A DNA stretch of 64,000 bases from Candidatus Sulfomarinibacteraceae bacterium (GTDB lineage Bacteria > Acidobacteriota > Thermoanaerobaculia > Thermoanaerobaculales > Sulfomarinibacteraceae). Positions 29,105-38,863 of this stretch are shown here, piece after piece. The stretch is from assembly GCA_963796455.1 (NCBI GenBank), contig CAWCLO010000003.1:288001-352000 (forward strand). The letters are read 5' to 3'. The position numbers were made by a program, and so were the translations under genes. Below the pieces are notes generated by a model. It ran no database searches and was not told where the DNA came from. It saw nothing but the letters and a program-made list of their open reading frames with translations. Positions within the stretch are counted from its first letter, which is position 1; every line of letters starts with the position of its first letter.

Positions 29105-30124
29105 ATGAAGGGATTCAGATTCATTCTGATCGCCGTCATCGCGCTCGGCCTTGCCGGATCCGCCGGCGCCGCCGGGCCGATGGCGCTGACCCGTGACGGC
29201 GACCTGTATTCGGTCACCGCCCACGAGACCCGACTGGTGGTCACCGCCCGGCTGGCGGACGGCCCGGTCATCGATTTTGTCGTGCCCCAATCGGCAGCCG
29301 CGATCGCCGACTCTCTGCAGGTGGGAGTCGATGAAGCGAGCGGTTCTCTCTACGTTGTCTGGCAGACCCGAACCGGAATCCACGCAAACGTCAAACTCGC
29401 AGCCTACGTCGATGGAACCTGGATCGGTCCGGTGACGATCGGTGGTTTCGACGGCTATGCGGCCTCCAACCCGCAACTGCTGGTTCATCGCGCCACCTCA
29501 GTGGTGACTGAAGAAATGCTTGTCGGTGACCAACCCTCGTACACCGAGGTGGCCACGACCTTCCTCCACCTCGGATGGTGGAGCCAGGCCGGTGATCAGG
29601 ACAAAGGCAAAGCCCGCTATCTGGCGATTCCTCTCGAAGCCGACGGCAGCTTTTATACCGGCGATCTGCAAGCGGTCGATCTGGCTGAGCTCCTGCCCTA
29701 CGGGGTCGCGTGCTTTGACATTGATGCATCGGACAACCTCAACCATCCAAAACTCTTCATCGACCCGCAGAGCAGAAAACCGCATATATTCGTCACCGAT
29801 TATGCCGAGTGTGCGTTCCAGATCATGGAACTGCGGCCGGTCGTGATCGAAGAGATCGACGATGCGGGCGAAAAGAGACGTCGCCAGATCATCATCCTTC
29901 GTCACGGATCAACCATCGCCATGCGTCGCAATCTTCCGCTGGCCACGGCCAAGCTCGAGATCGGCACTGATCTGTCGATCGTGATGCACTGGGACGAGGG
30001 CGTCGATCAGCTGAAGTACATCCTCCTGGACAAGGACGGCACTTCCGAAACCAAGAGCCTCATGATCGACCAGCTTTTGACCCATGAAAACGCGGTCGAA
30101 TTGATCCGGGGCTTGACGAACTGA
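29105..30124 (+). CDS. Secreted hypothetical protein
   Basis: Signal peptide MKGFRFILIAVIALGLAGSAGA; SD GAGGGG; co-transcribed. Confidence 0.75.
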   Translation: MKGFRFILIAVIALGLAGSAGAAGPMALTRDGDLYSVTAHETRLVVTARLADGPVIDFVVPQSAAAIADSLQVGVDEASGSLYVVWQTRTGIHANVKLAAYVDGTWIGPVTIGGFDGYAASNPQLLVHRATSVVTEEMLVGDQPSYTEVATTFLHLGWWSQAGDQDKGKARYLAIPLEADGSFYTGDLQAVDLAELLPYGVACFDIDASDNLNHPKLFIDPQSRKPHIFVTDYAECAFQIMELRPVVIEEIDDAGEKRRRQIIILRHGSTIAMRRNLPLATAKLEIGTDLSIVMHWDEGVDQLKYILLDKDGTSETKSLMIDQLLTHENAVELIRGLTN

Positions 30125-30144
30125 TTCGTTATTCTGAGAAACCC

Positions 30145-30176
30145 AAAGGCCCGCTCTTCGGAGCGGGCCTTTTTTC
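30145..30176 (+). terminator. Intrinsic terminator
   Basis: AAAGGCCCGCTC-TTCG-GAGCGGGCCTTTTTT. Confidence 0.88.
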
Positions 30177-30193
30177 TTGCAGACGCCGGCTGG

Positions 30194-31312
30194 TCAGGGA
30201 ATGACCCGACGAACCAGCCCTTCGAGCGATTCGGCATAGCCGGCCCATGTCGATTTTTCGCGCCCGGCCGTTCCAAGCGTCAACTCGTGCAATCGATTGC
30301 GGTCGAGATCTGTCATTGCGCGAGCAATCGCCGTTGCAGAGCCCGGCTGCACGATGAGTCCATCAACACCGTCCTTCACGACCTCCGGAAGACCCCCGAC
30401 GGAGGTACTCAAGACCGGGACGCCCGCGCCCAGGGCGAGCGGGGCAACCGCCGACTGCGAGCCCGACCGGTAGGGAAGCACCACGAGATCGGCGGCAGCG
30501 AGCAATCCCGCGACTTCCGGTTCGGGAACCCATCCGAATCGCAAACCGACCCGGTCTTCGAGTCCGAGCCTTTGGACCTGGGTTCTGAGTTCCTGACCAA
30601 GTGATCCCCACGGTTCACCAGCGACGACGAGCATCCAGTCACTGTCCGCCGGAAGCTGTGCCATCGCTTCAAGGAGAAGATCGACGCCCTTGTACGGCCG
30701 TAACAGCCCAAGAAAGAGCGCCACCCGTTTTCCTTCGGCGATCCCCAGGGTCGCCCGCGCCTCCTCGGGCGAGGGCATTGGACCGGGATCGATGGACGGC
30801 AAAGGGCACGAATTCGTTGGGAGACCCGGATAAATTTCCTCGAGTTGTTCCTGGAGCGCCGAAGCGTGAGTGAAAAGGGCCTGACATCGGCCGAGGACCG
30901 AACGGGCCGCCAGACGCTGGATTCGTGAGGCGTCGTGGTCGAAGGGGTTATGCACCACTGCGACCGCAGGCGGTCGCCGGCCGGCGAGCATGAAGCGCCA
31001 CAAGCCGGCCCAGGCCCAGGTCCAGTAGGGCAGGATCCACGCCTCACCGCCCAGCGCCAGGGCCCGCTTCCGACTTCCGGCCCACGACAGAGGATTCAAA
31101 GGGTCCAGCTCTGCGGTGGCAAACTCGAGGCGGCGACAGGCCTCCGGATCGCGGTCGTCCCGGCCCGGAAAAAGAAACCGGGGATATTGCCGCTTTGGAG
31201 TCAGAAAACTGACCTCATGACCACGCGCGGAAAGTGCGTCCGCCATCTCGGTGGTCGTGCGTGCGACGCCGCCCCGGTATGGATGCCCCGACCCGAAAAC
31301 GATCAGGCGCAC
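30194..31312 (-). CDS. Glycosyltransferase family 4
   Basis: HPYRGGVA, FLGLLRPYKGVDLL, LPYRSGSQSAV. Confidence 0.9.
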   Translation of the reverse strand: MRLIVFGSGHPYRGGVARTTTEMADALSARGHEVSFLTPKRQYPRFLFPGRDDRDPEACRRLEFATAELDPLNPLSWAGSRKRALALGGEAWILPYWTWAWAGLWRFMLAGRRPPAVAVVHNPFDHDASRIQRLAARSVLGRCQALFTHASALQEQLEEIYPGLPTNSCPLPSIDPGPMPSPEEARATLGIAEGKRVALFLGLLRPYKGVDLLLEAMAQLPADSDWMLVVAGEPWGSLGQELRTQVQRLGLEDRVGLRFGWVPEPEVAGLLAAADLVVLPYRSGSQSAVAPLALGAGVPVLSTSVGGLPEVVKDGVDGLIVQPGSATAIARAMTDLDRNRLHELTLGTAGREKSTWAGYAESLEGLVRRVIP

Positions 31313-31321
31313 GGCACAGCC

Positions 31322-31837
31322 TCAACTGGTCGGGGGATGGGTCACCTTGCGAAATCGTTTCTCGAGCTGCAGGCGAACCGGGTCCGGAACCAGCCCGGTC
31401 ACATCACCACCGAGCACCACCACCTCGCGGACCAGCCTCGAGGAGAGGTAGAGGACCTCCTCCTTGGGGGTCAGAAAGACCGTCTCGATCGTCGGGGAGA
31501 GACGCCGGTTCATCAGCGCCATCTGAAATTCGTACTCGAAATCCGAGACTGCGCGCATACCGCGAATGATGATGGTGGCGTCCATCTCGTCGAGAAAATT
31601 GACCAACAGACCGGAAAAGGACCGGACTTCGACGGCCGGGTCGTCGTGGTAGATCTCTTCAATCATCTCCGCCCGTTCGGACGGCGTGAACATGGCGTCT
31701 TTGCCAGCGTTCTGGAGGACACCGACGATCACCCGCGGAAAAATCCGGGTCGCCCGTTCGACAATCGCCACGTGCCCGACGTGGAATGGGTCGAAAGAAC
31801 CGGGATAGACGGCAAGCGGTTCGTGTTTTTCAGTCAT
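31322..31837 (-). CDS. coaD: Pantetheine-phosphate adenylyltransferase
   Basis: AVYPGSFDPFHVGH, IIRGMRAVSDFEYEFQMALMNR, SSRLVREV. Confidence 0.96.
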   Translation of the reverse strand: MTEKHEPLAVYPGSFDPFHVGHVAIVERATRIFPRVIVGVLQNAGKDAMFTPSERAEMIEEIYHDDPAVEVRSFSGLLVNFLDEMDATIIIRGMRAVSDFEYEFQMALMNRRLSPTIETVFLTPKEEVLYLSSRLVREVVVLGGDVTGLVPDPVRLQLEKRFRKVTHPPTS

Positions 31838-31884
31838 CGCGGGGATTGTAGCACCCGGCTTCACCCTGTGGGCTGCGCCGCTCG

Positions 31885-32340
31885 CTCGATGCTGGATGCT
31901 GGATGCAAGATGCTGGATTTCGAATCACTCTTCTCCAAGACATTGTCCCCGGACGGCATCCAGGGACGCCGACGGGGAACGGCGGACAGCGACAGCGAAC
32001 AGAAATCAGTGTTCAGCGGCAGAGATCAGGTGCATTGACGACGTGGTCACTTCCGGGTCGTTCATCAGAAGGAACAGCCCTTGTGGTGCAGGCGTCTCGC
32101 CTGCACGCCGTGCGGCCGAGACGGCCGCACCACCAAGGCCGGAGCCCCGAACAAGGTTGAGGGTGATCGTGCGGTCACCGTCTGAATCGTCCTCAGGTCG
32201 ATCGCGATCCCGAGAGCGTTTGATTATCTGCGTCCATCTGCGTTATCTGCGGTTTCTCCGTGGGCGAGTGGGCGGGCACTCAACACGAAGAATTGAGTGC
32301 CGTTCGCTGTCGCTGTCGCCCGCGATCCGGACAGCACTGA
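31885..32340. repeat. Gene-less derivative of the four-helix-bundle element with REP-like doublet
   Basis: (GATGCTG)n end, ATCACTCTTCTCCAAGACA motif, CAGCGA arm, half-IR GTGGTCACTTCCGGGTCGTTCA 32043-32064, REP-like doublet 32082-32133. Confidence 0.8.
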
Positions 32341-32400
32341 TCCCCGCTCTCCTGGTGACATTGAGCTATGGGGACTGCTGAGCTGGCTGCAAACATTCAA

Positions 32401-32523
32401 GATGTCATCCTGAGCGAAGCGCCTCTGGCGCGTAGTCGAAGGATCTGCGAACCGAGATCTTTCCTTTTCATCTCATAGATCCTTCGACTACGCCCCTGTG
32501 GGGGCTCCGCTCAGGATGACATC
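32401..32523. repeat. GTCATCCTGAGC...GCTCAGGATGAC palindromic cassette (second copy)
   Basis: Arms GATGTCATCCTGAGCG..GTAGTCGAAGGATCT and AGATCCTTCGACTACG..CGCTCAGGATGACATC. Confidence 0.82.
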
Positions 32524-32569
32524 GGGAGGCGACATTCGCATGAGCGCAGAATCAGTGCCGCGCATCTCT

Positions 32570-32767
32570 ACCTTTCTCCCTTGCCCCTCTGCCCCTCTGC
32601 CCCTCTGCCCTGTGCCCTGCTGCTCCTCTGCTCCTCTGCCCCTCAGCGATGTGGAGGCTCGTTCTCCCTTTCGGGAACGGGACGGGATCGGGAATGGAAA
32701 CGGATAGGCTCTCCCCTTCTCCCCTTCTCCCTTCTCCTTTCTCCCCTTCTTCTCCGCTTCTCCCCCT
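32570..32767. repeat. Pyrimidine-rich octamer tandem repeats (CCCCTCTG)n and (CTCCCCTT)n
   Basis: Direct reading; same families at 12823 and 38570-38800. Confidence 0.75.
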
Positions 32768-32812
32768 GGAAGCGGTGAAAGCAACGGGAAGGTGGGCGGG
32801 AATTCCTGATTC

Positions 32813-34912
32813 CTACTTCTCGACTGCGCCGGCAGTCGAGCGATTGTGTTGCCGATCCACTACCCGAACCACCACAACGTGGTCGCCATCGGCAGCAGGA
32901 AACTCGAAATTCTCCTCGCGTCCATCGAGCACCCCATCCATCGGAGCGAGGCCCTGCCACGCTTCGCCATCGCGCGACCACTCGGCCCGGATGATCGGAC
33001 TCATCGCATCCTTCACGGCAATCAACCATTTTCCACCTGAGCGCTGCAATGTGACTTCCGGCGCAGTGTTGTCGATCGCAAACCACCGGCTGGCACGTTG
33101 CGCCTCGAGGGCCCCGGCCGGGTTCCGCGCTTCGTCAGAAGCGGTCAGGAGGAATCGATAGGTCCCATCCGGCAATGCACTGGTGTCGATCCCGATCTGG
33201 CTGCCGGTGATGCGGTCGCGCACGGGGATACGGTGCTCCCCCCGGTCTTCGATCTCGAGCGAAAACCTCATCGGGTCCTGGTTCGCATCCACGGCCTTCC
33301 ACCTGACGGTGCGAAAACCGGTGCGGTAGTACTTCTTGCCCTTGGCCGATCCTCCGTTTTTGGGAGGCGCACCCTCCTCGATGACGGTGAAGATGCCGTT
33401 GAAATTGGGATGAACAGACTCGATGACCGGCCCGGAAGGAGGCGGGCCCGAGAGGTAGACGACCCCAGGGTCCTCGACCTCGAAACTTTCGATTGACGGT
33501 GGCATGTTGATATCGACAACTGCCACTTCCACTCGATCGATGGCCAGATCCGCGTCGCCGCCGGCCGGAAGCTCGATTTCCCACTGCAGCGCCCGCGCCG
33601 AGGGCAGATCGACCACACCGGTGGTCGCCGACGCCCAATCCGTCCACTCGAGCCACGTGTCGTCGGGATCCGCCGAGACGCCGGAGCGAAAACGAATCCG
33701 GGCGGCTGCTGTCGGTGGGTCGACCCTGAATTCACCAAAATGAACAGGTTGTTTGAATTGTTCGGCCGCCGAGCGATAGCGGCCCGCACGATCATCCACA
33801 TCCCGCCACAGGATCCCACCCGGGCCCTGGGTGAGCAGCGCACGACCGGCGCCGATCACACCGACCACCTGGACCGCATCGATAGTCGCGATCCGCGATC
33901 CGCCGTCGCCGACGAAGCGCCAGACCTCTCCCTCATACCCGGTTCCCACCAGAAGACCCTCACCATCCCAGGCGGCGGCCGATGCCACTTCCTCGAGAAA
34001 ACGGTGGATGCTCAAGATTCCACCGTCCGGGGTCAGTTTGATCACTTCGGAGGTCGCGGTTTTGCCGTTCACCTTCGGGAGTTTCATTTCGCTGCCTACG
34101 GAGATCTCGGTCTCGGCGGACTCCTCGTCGCCGTTGCCGTTGCTCTTGATCGCTTTGGTCTGGCTTACCGGCTCGCCCACCAGGGCCGTCGCCCACACCG
34201 CCCCGCCTCCGACCACGATGGAGGAAATCTCGGTGAAGGGGCTGTCGGCGAGGACGCCAACGGTGCCTTTGCGATCGACGCCGAGAATCAGGCCCTTGTC
34301 CGATGTTCCAACGAGCAGCCGGTCGTCGGTTGCAGCGAGGCAGCTTGCGTGGACATCGGGCAATTCGACCCAACGTTCCAGACCACGGTCGCCGAGGCGA
34401 TAAAGAGTCGCGGGTGGCCCGCCGGCAGCAATCACCGCACCGTCAAAATACGCGAGATCCCAGAGCCCGCCGTCGGCCACCGTCCCGGCCTCCTCGAGCC
34501 GGCCATCCCATCGATACACTACGCCGGGAGCCACTGTTGCGATCACGACCCCACCGGACGGGGTGACCAACAACGCGGTGATCTGTTCGGCTGGGATCTC
34601 GGCGAGCAGCTCGGCCGACGAACCCTTGACCCGATAGAGCCTCGCGGGATGGGAGGTTCCGACGTAAATCGATCCGTCGGACGCCGCCGCACCCGCCATC
34701 ACGACGGGCTCTTCAAATGATGGGCCACTGCTCCAACCGGTGATCGAACGCAACCGGCCTTCCGCGGTGACCGCCACATTGTCGCCGTGGCCGGCGAGCA
34801 GTTCCTGGGTCGTGTCGACGATCCAACGATGGGTCGAGGTGGTCCGTCCCTCCTCGCTGACCGACAGCATCACAAGCACACAGGCGACAACAAACAGACG
34901 CATCGATTTCAT
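32813..34912 (-). CDS. Secreted beta-propeller-like protein with C-terminal Ig/FN3-like domains
   Basis: Signal-like N-terminus at ATG 34912; repeated G..YVGT/LLVGT blades; RW.A.D.N.D, LPDGTYRF..ASD. Confidence 0.72.
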   Translation of the reverse strand: MKSMRLFVVACVLVMLSVSEEGRTTSTHRWIVDTTQELLAGHGDNVAVTAEGRLRSITGWSSGPSFEEPVVMAGAAASDGSIYVGTSHPARLYRVKGSSAELLAEIPAEQITALLVTPSGGVVIATVAPGVVYRWDGRLEEAGTVADGGLWDLAYFDGAVIAAGGPPATLYRLGDRGLERWVELPDVHASCLAATDDRLLVGTSDKGLILGVDRKGTVGVLADSPFTEISSIVVGGGAVWATALVGEPVSQTKAIKSNGNGDEESAETEISVGSEMKLPKVNGKTATSEVIKLTPDGGILSIHRFLEEVASAAAWDGEGLLVGTGYEGEVWRFVGDGGSRIATIDAVQVVGVIGAGRALLTQGPGGILWRDVDDRAGRYRSAAEQFKQPVHFGEFRVDPPTAAARIRFRSGVSADPDDTWLEWTDWASATTGVVDLPSARALQWEIELPAGGDADLAIDRVEVAVVDINMPPSIESFEVEDPGVVYLSGPPPSGPVIESVHPNFNGIFTVIEEGAPPKNGGSAKGKKYYRTGFRTVRWKAVDANQDPMRFSLEIEDRGEHRIPVRDRITGSQIGIDTSALPDGTYRFLLTASDEARNPAGALEAQRASRWFAIDNTAPEVTLQRSGGKWLIAVKDAMSPIIRAEWSRDGEAWQGLAPMDGVLDGREENFEFPAADGDHVVVVRVVDRQHNRSTAGAVEK

Positions 34913-34919
34913 GAACTCA

Positions 34920-36656
34920 TCAATCCTTTCGCACCGTGAGCGAGATCCGCTGTGCGCCACTGACGACAAAGGGCATCTCAACCGTTGTCTTGGCAATCAC
35001 GGAGTAGGCAGTGGTCTCCAGATTTGGTCCGAGGGCGGATCTCAGCTGCATGACGACACTCGGGGGCGCCGAGATGCTGCCACCGGCAACCGTGATCCCC
35101 AGATCCTGGCGCTCGAAGACCGCCACGAGGCTGTTGGCCGCTTCGAGGCGATTGACCAATTCGATTTCGTCTTGGAAATCCGCCGTCAATAACGGTCGCA
35201 TCTGGAGGTCGTAGGCCGTCCAGGCGGCACCATCCGCGCCGACAAGATCGAGACGCCCGGCGGGCGCACTGTCGGGCACTTTCAGTTTGAGCGTCTTGAC
35301 GATTTCGCTCCCGCGGTGGGGCTGCAGGCGAAATCCCACCGCAAGCTCGTCACCGGGCCGCACGACCCGTCGATCGGGAACGATCTCGAGAATCCTCGCG
35401 GACCGCAGCTCCTCATGAACCGAGAGCTCGATGCTGATCTCTTCGACTTCAGGGGTCTCGAAGGCCGAATTTTCGAGATAGGCAACCACGGCTGCGGTGT
35501 AGGCTGCGGCCTGGGAAGGCGCCTGGTTGCCGGCAAAGGAAGCGGAAACCGCCGCACGATCATCGGGATAACGAAGTTCCATTCGAAGATCGATGGATTG
35601 ATCCCCGAGGGCGCGGCCGAAGGCCCCGTGGCTCGACTGGGTCAGATAGGCAGCAAGAAAAGGCAGCAGAGTCGGGTGGCGCGCCACCCGGAACGAATAG
35701 GCTCTTTCATTGACCGTCACCCGAAAGGGAATCATCGGCGCCACCCGATCGAGTTGTCCCACCACCCCGGGGGCCCGGTCGGCCACCATGGCGCCGATGA
35801 TCTCGCCGACCGAAAAAAACTTGAACGAGCTCATCAGGCTCGGCATCACGGCCACCACCCCGGCGCGTGCGAGGGGTAATTCGACGCCCCCGGCGCCAAA
35901 GGAAGAGTGCCCGAAGGCCCACAGCCGGTCACCCTGAACCTCGGTGACGGTCCCGGCCGCCGCGATCGACAGATCACCGTCGACCAGCACCGCCGCGACC
36001 ATCGAACCGGGTTTGATCTCACTGCTGGCGGCGCCGGCCGTTGCGGACCCTCCCGCTGCAGCGAGCCAACCCATCCGGCGCCAACCTTCGTCGAGCCAGG
36101 TCCCACCCGAGAGGCCCGCACCGCCAGCGAACGAAACGGTCAGGGGAAGCGGACGGAGACCCGGCGATGTCCCGGGCAACAACCAGTCCACCAGACGCTC
36201 ACCGAGATCGCCCTCGATAGAGGATGCCAGGAGCTCCACGAACTGCGGACGCCCGGCAGCAGTCGCGGGGAAGGATGCGGCTTCGACCTCGAGCATCCGT
36301 TCGAAGGGAGTCACTCCGCCGATCGGATCCTTCGAGAACGGCCACCCATAAGCGAGCGCTCCCAGAAGGCGACCATCGAGATAGACCGGCGAACCACTCA
36401 TACCAGCGATGATCCCGGTCTTCTCGAAGCGGGGGTCGTCGAGGCGCACGAGCACGATCTCCCCGTTTGGCGTGCCCGAACCGATCGTACCGAGAACGGT
36501 GAGCGGGATCTCGACCCGTTCGCCGCCGTCCATTTCGGTGACACAGATTCCGGTTCGGCCCGGTGTGGCGTCCGCGAGGCTGAGATGCTCGACAGCCCCC
36601 GAACAGACGGGAACCAGGATCACGGCAACGGCAATGAGGATCTTTGCGCTTTTCAT
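34920..36656 (-). CDS. SpoIVB peptidase S55 domain protein
   Basis: GIIAGMSGSPVYLDGRLLGALAYG, GGVTPFERML, AAGTVT...WAFGH. Confidence 0.88.
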   Translation of the reverse strand: MKSAKILIAVAVILVPVCSGAVEHLSLADATPGRTGICVTEMDGGERVEIPLTVLGTIGSGTPNGEIVLVRLDDPRFEKTGIIAGMSGSPVYLDGRLLGALAYGWPFSKDPIGGVTPFERMLEVEAASFPATAAGRPQFVELLASSIEGDLGERLVDWLLPGTSPGLRPLPLTVSFAGGAGLSGGTWLDEGWRRMGWLAAAGGSATAGAASSEIKPGSMVAAVLVDGDLSIAAAGTVTEVQGDRLWAFGHSSFGAGGVELPLARAGVVAVMPSLMSSFKFFSVGEIIGAMVADRAPGVVGQLDRVAPMIPFRVTVNERAYSFRVARHPTLLPFLAAYLTQSSHGAFGRALGDQSIDLRMELRYPDDRAAVSASFAGNQAPSQAAAYTAAVVAYLENSAFETPEVEEISIELSVHEELRSARILEIVPDRRVVRPGDELAVGFRLQPHRGSEIVKTLKLKVPDSAPAGRLDLVGADGAAWTAYDLQMRPLLTADFQDEIELVNRLEAANSLVAVFERQDLGITVAGGSISAPPSVVMQLRSALGPNLETTAYSVIAKTTVEMPFVVSGAQRISLTVRKD

Positions 36657-36782
36657 CGGACGAACATTCTACGTCAGGATCGTCGCCACCACCGGATAAT
36701 GTGATCGGCCGGACAAAGGCCCACCCGAAAAGGGTTTGACCGAGACCTCGGGCAGTCACTACAATGGGTGTTCGGATTTTTT

Positions 36783-38498
36783 ATGAGCAAAAACGTGCTC
36801 CCGCACCCGTCGATGATCGACAAACTGGTCGAGGTTGCACGGCGTCTGCGGTCGCTGCGACGTCCCGCGGAGGCAGCCGAACTCTTCGAGATCGCGGCGG
36901 CCCTGTCGCCTCTTGGGGCCGCCGAACTCCGTGCCGAGGCCGAGCGCCTGCGCGGTGAGGAAGGGATTGACGACTTCGATCGCGAATTCAAGCGGCGCAA
37001 CCTCGAGGCCTCGCACGCCCTCGGGATGGCTCACATCTTCGATACCCGCGGCGAGTTCGGCCGGGCAATCGACATGATCGATCTCGCCAAGCTCCGCACC
37101 CCATTCAACTACCTCGCATTCGCCGCCGCCGGTTATCTCCATATGCGGCACGGCGACGCCGAAACCGCGTTATCGGAGTTCATTCAGGCTCGCCGGCTCA
37201 ACCCGCTGGATTTTCGACTCGCCGTCGAATCCTCTCGGACGGCTCTTGAAAACGAAGATTTCGATGGCGCCCTCGAATCCGCCATCGACGCGATGTTACT
37301 TGCGAGTTGGCGTTCGGAGCGGGAACAACAACAGGAAAGACGACGCGTCGAGTCCCTCGTCCGGCTCAGTCACCGCGAACCGGAAGAAATGGAGCAGTTG
37401 ATCGCCGACAGGATTGCGGTGCTGCAGCGAGCCTGCGATCACGTCGCCTTGAGCCACGCAAAGATCTTTTCCGGGGTTGATATCGCGGCGCGCAAGGAAA
37501 GCGGAAAATCCGAGGTCGGCAGCGATTTGCTTTTGCGCGCCAACGAGCTTCGTGGCATGAGCCTCTTCCGTCATTTCAACGACGAAATGTTGATTCCGCT
37601 GGCCAAGATCCTCGAACCGGTTTCGCTCGAAGCGGAGAAAACGATCTTTGCGGAGGGAGACGAGGATCGCAACCTCAATATCGTGGTCGAGGGGACGGTG
37701 CAGATCACCCGCAGCACCCCCGTCGGAACTCAAATATTGACGACACTCGGGCCCGGTTCCCTGTTTGGCGAAGTGTCTTTCCTCGACCGCCTCCCCCGCT
37801 CGGCCACCGCCTTTGCGGTCAGTGACGGTGCCATCTACAACCTTCCGGCCGACAAATTGGATGCCGTCGTCGGGTCTAACCGGGAGCTCGCTGTCAGCTT
37901 GCTCTGGGGTTTCTGGCAAACGCTGGCATCCAAGGTCCGGGCCGCCAACTCGCAGATGACCGAACTATTCGGAGCCTCGGCTACGGCGCCCGAACCGCAA
38001 AGAGAAGACGGTGGTCTCGGCCTCAGGGTCCACCTCACCGAAGAGACCAAACTCGACATACTGAGAGAACAGGGTCTTTCCTCCCAGGAGATGCGCCTTC
38101 TCGCCAAATACTCCCGCGAGCAGAGCTTCCCCTCGAACGCTCTGATTTTCACCGAGGGGGATCCCGGTGACTGCCTCTACATCGTGGTCGATGGGTCGGT
38201 TCGAATCTCGCGTCACGTGCCCGGGATGGGTGAAGAATGCCTTTCCATCCTCGAACGGGGTGAGGTCTTCGGCGAGTTGGCGTTGATCGACGACCAACCC
38301 CGGTCTGCCGACGCCAGAGCCCACTCCTCCACATGCACTGTGTTTTCGATCAGTAAATCACTGCTCGAGGAGGTCCTGTCGATGGATCCCGATGCCGCGG
38401 TGCAGTTCTTGAACCTCCTCTGCCGCCTGTTGTGCCGCCGCCTCCGAGCCATGAACGAAAGACTCGTGGCCTGGAGAGTGATGGGCTCACACATGTGA
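36783..38498 (+). CDS. TPR-like + tandem cyclic nucleotide-binding domain protein
   Basis: Two CNB cassettes FGEVSFLDRLPRSATA and FGELALIDDQPRSADA; helical N-terminus; no C-terminal HTH. Confidence 0.88.
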   Translation: MSKNVLPHPSMIDKLVEVARRLRSLRRPAEAAELFEIAAALSPLGAAELRAEAERLRGEEGIDDFDREFKRRNLEASHALGMAHIFDTRGEFGRAIDMIDLAKLRTPFNYLAFAAAGYLHMRHGDAETALSEFIQARRLNPLDFRLAVESSRTALENEDFDGALESAIDAMLLASWRSEREQQQERRRVESLVRLSHREPEEMEQLIADRIAVLQRACDHVALSHAKIFSGVDIAARKESGKSEVGSDLLLRANELRGMSLFRHFNDEMLIPLAKILEPVSLEAEKTIFAEGDEDRNLNIVVEGTVQITRSTPVGTQILTTLGPGSLFGEVSFLDRLPRSATAFAVSDGAIYNLPADKLDAVVGSNRELAVSLLWGFWQTLASKVRAANSQMTELFGASATAPEPQREDGGLGLRVHLTEETKLDILREQGLSSQEMRLLAKYSREQSFPSNALIFTEGDPGDCLYIVVDGSVRISRHVPGMGEECLSILERGEVFGELALIDDQPRSADARAHSSTCTVFSISKSLLEEVLSMDPDAAVQFLNLLCRLLCRRLRAMNERLVAWRVMGSHM

Positions 38499-38508
38499 AT
38501 GGAATAAT

Positions 38509-38803
38509 TGGGATTTCGGATTTCGGAGTTCGGAATTTCGAATTCTCCTCGCCAGAAATTCGGATGGCGTCGCTCCCCTGCCCCTCTTTCCCCCATCTTT
38601 CCTGCTCCCTTTCCCCCTTTCCCCCTTTCTCCCTTTCTCCCTTTCTCCCTTTCAGGAACGGTATCCACAGCAGCCGTTCGATAGCGATAGCGATCCCGAT
38701 AGCGATAGCGATGGGACCTCTGCCCCTCTGCTCCTCCGCAATGTGGGCTACGGTTCTCCCTTTCCCCCTTTCTCCCTTTCTCCTCTGCCCCTCAGCCCCT
38801 CCG
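38509..38803. repeat. Stacked short tandem repeats: (ATTTCGG)n, (CTCCCTTT)n, (CGATAG)n, (CCTCTGCC)n
   Basis: Direct reading of the intergenic region. Confidence 0.8.
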
Positions 38804-38863
38804 CAATGTGGATGAAACAATTCACCACCCCCTCCGTGTTGACTGGTATGGAGGCACTCACCC

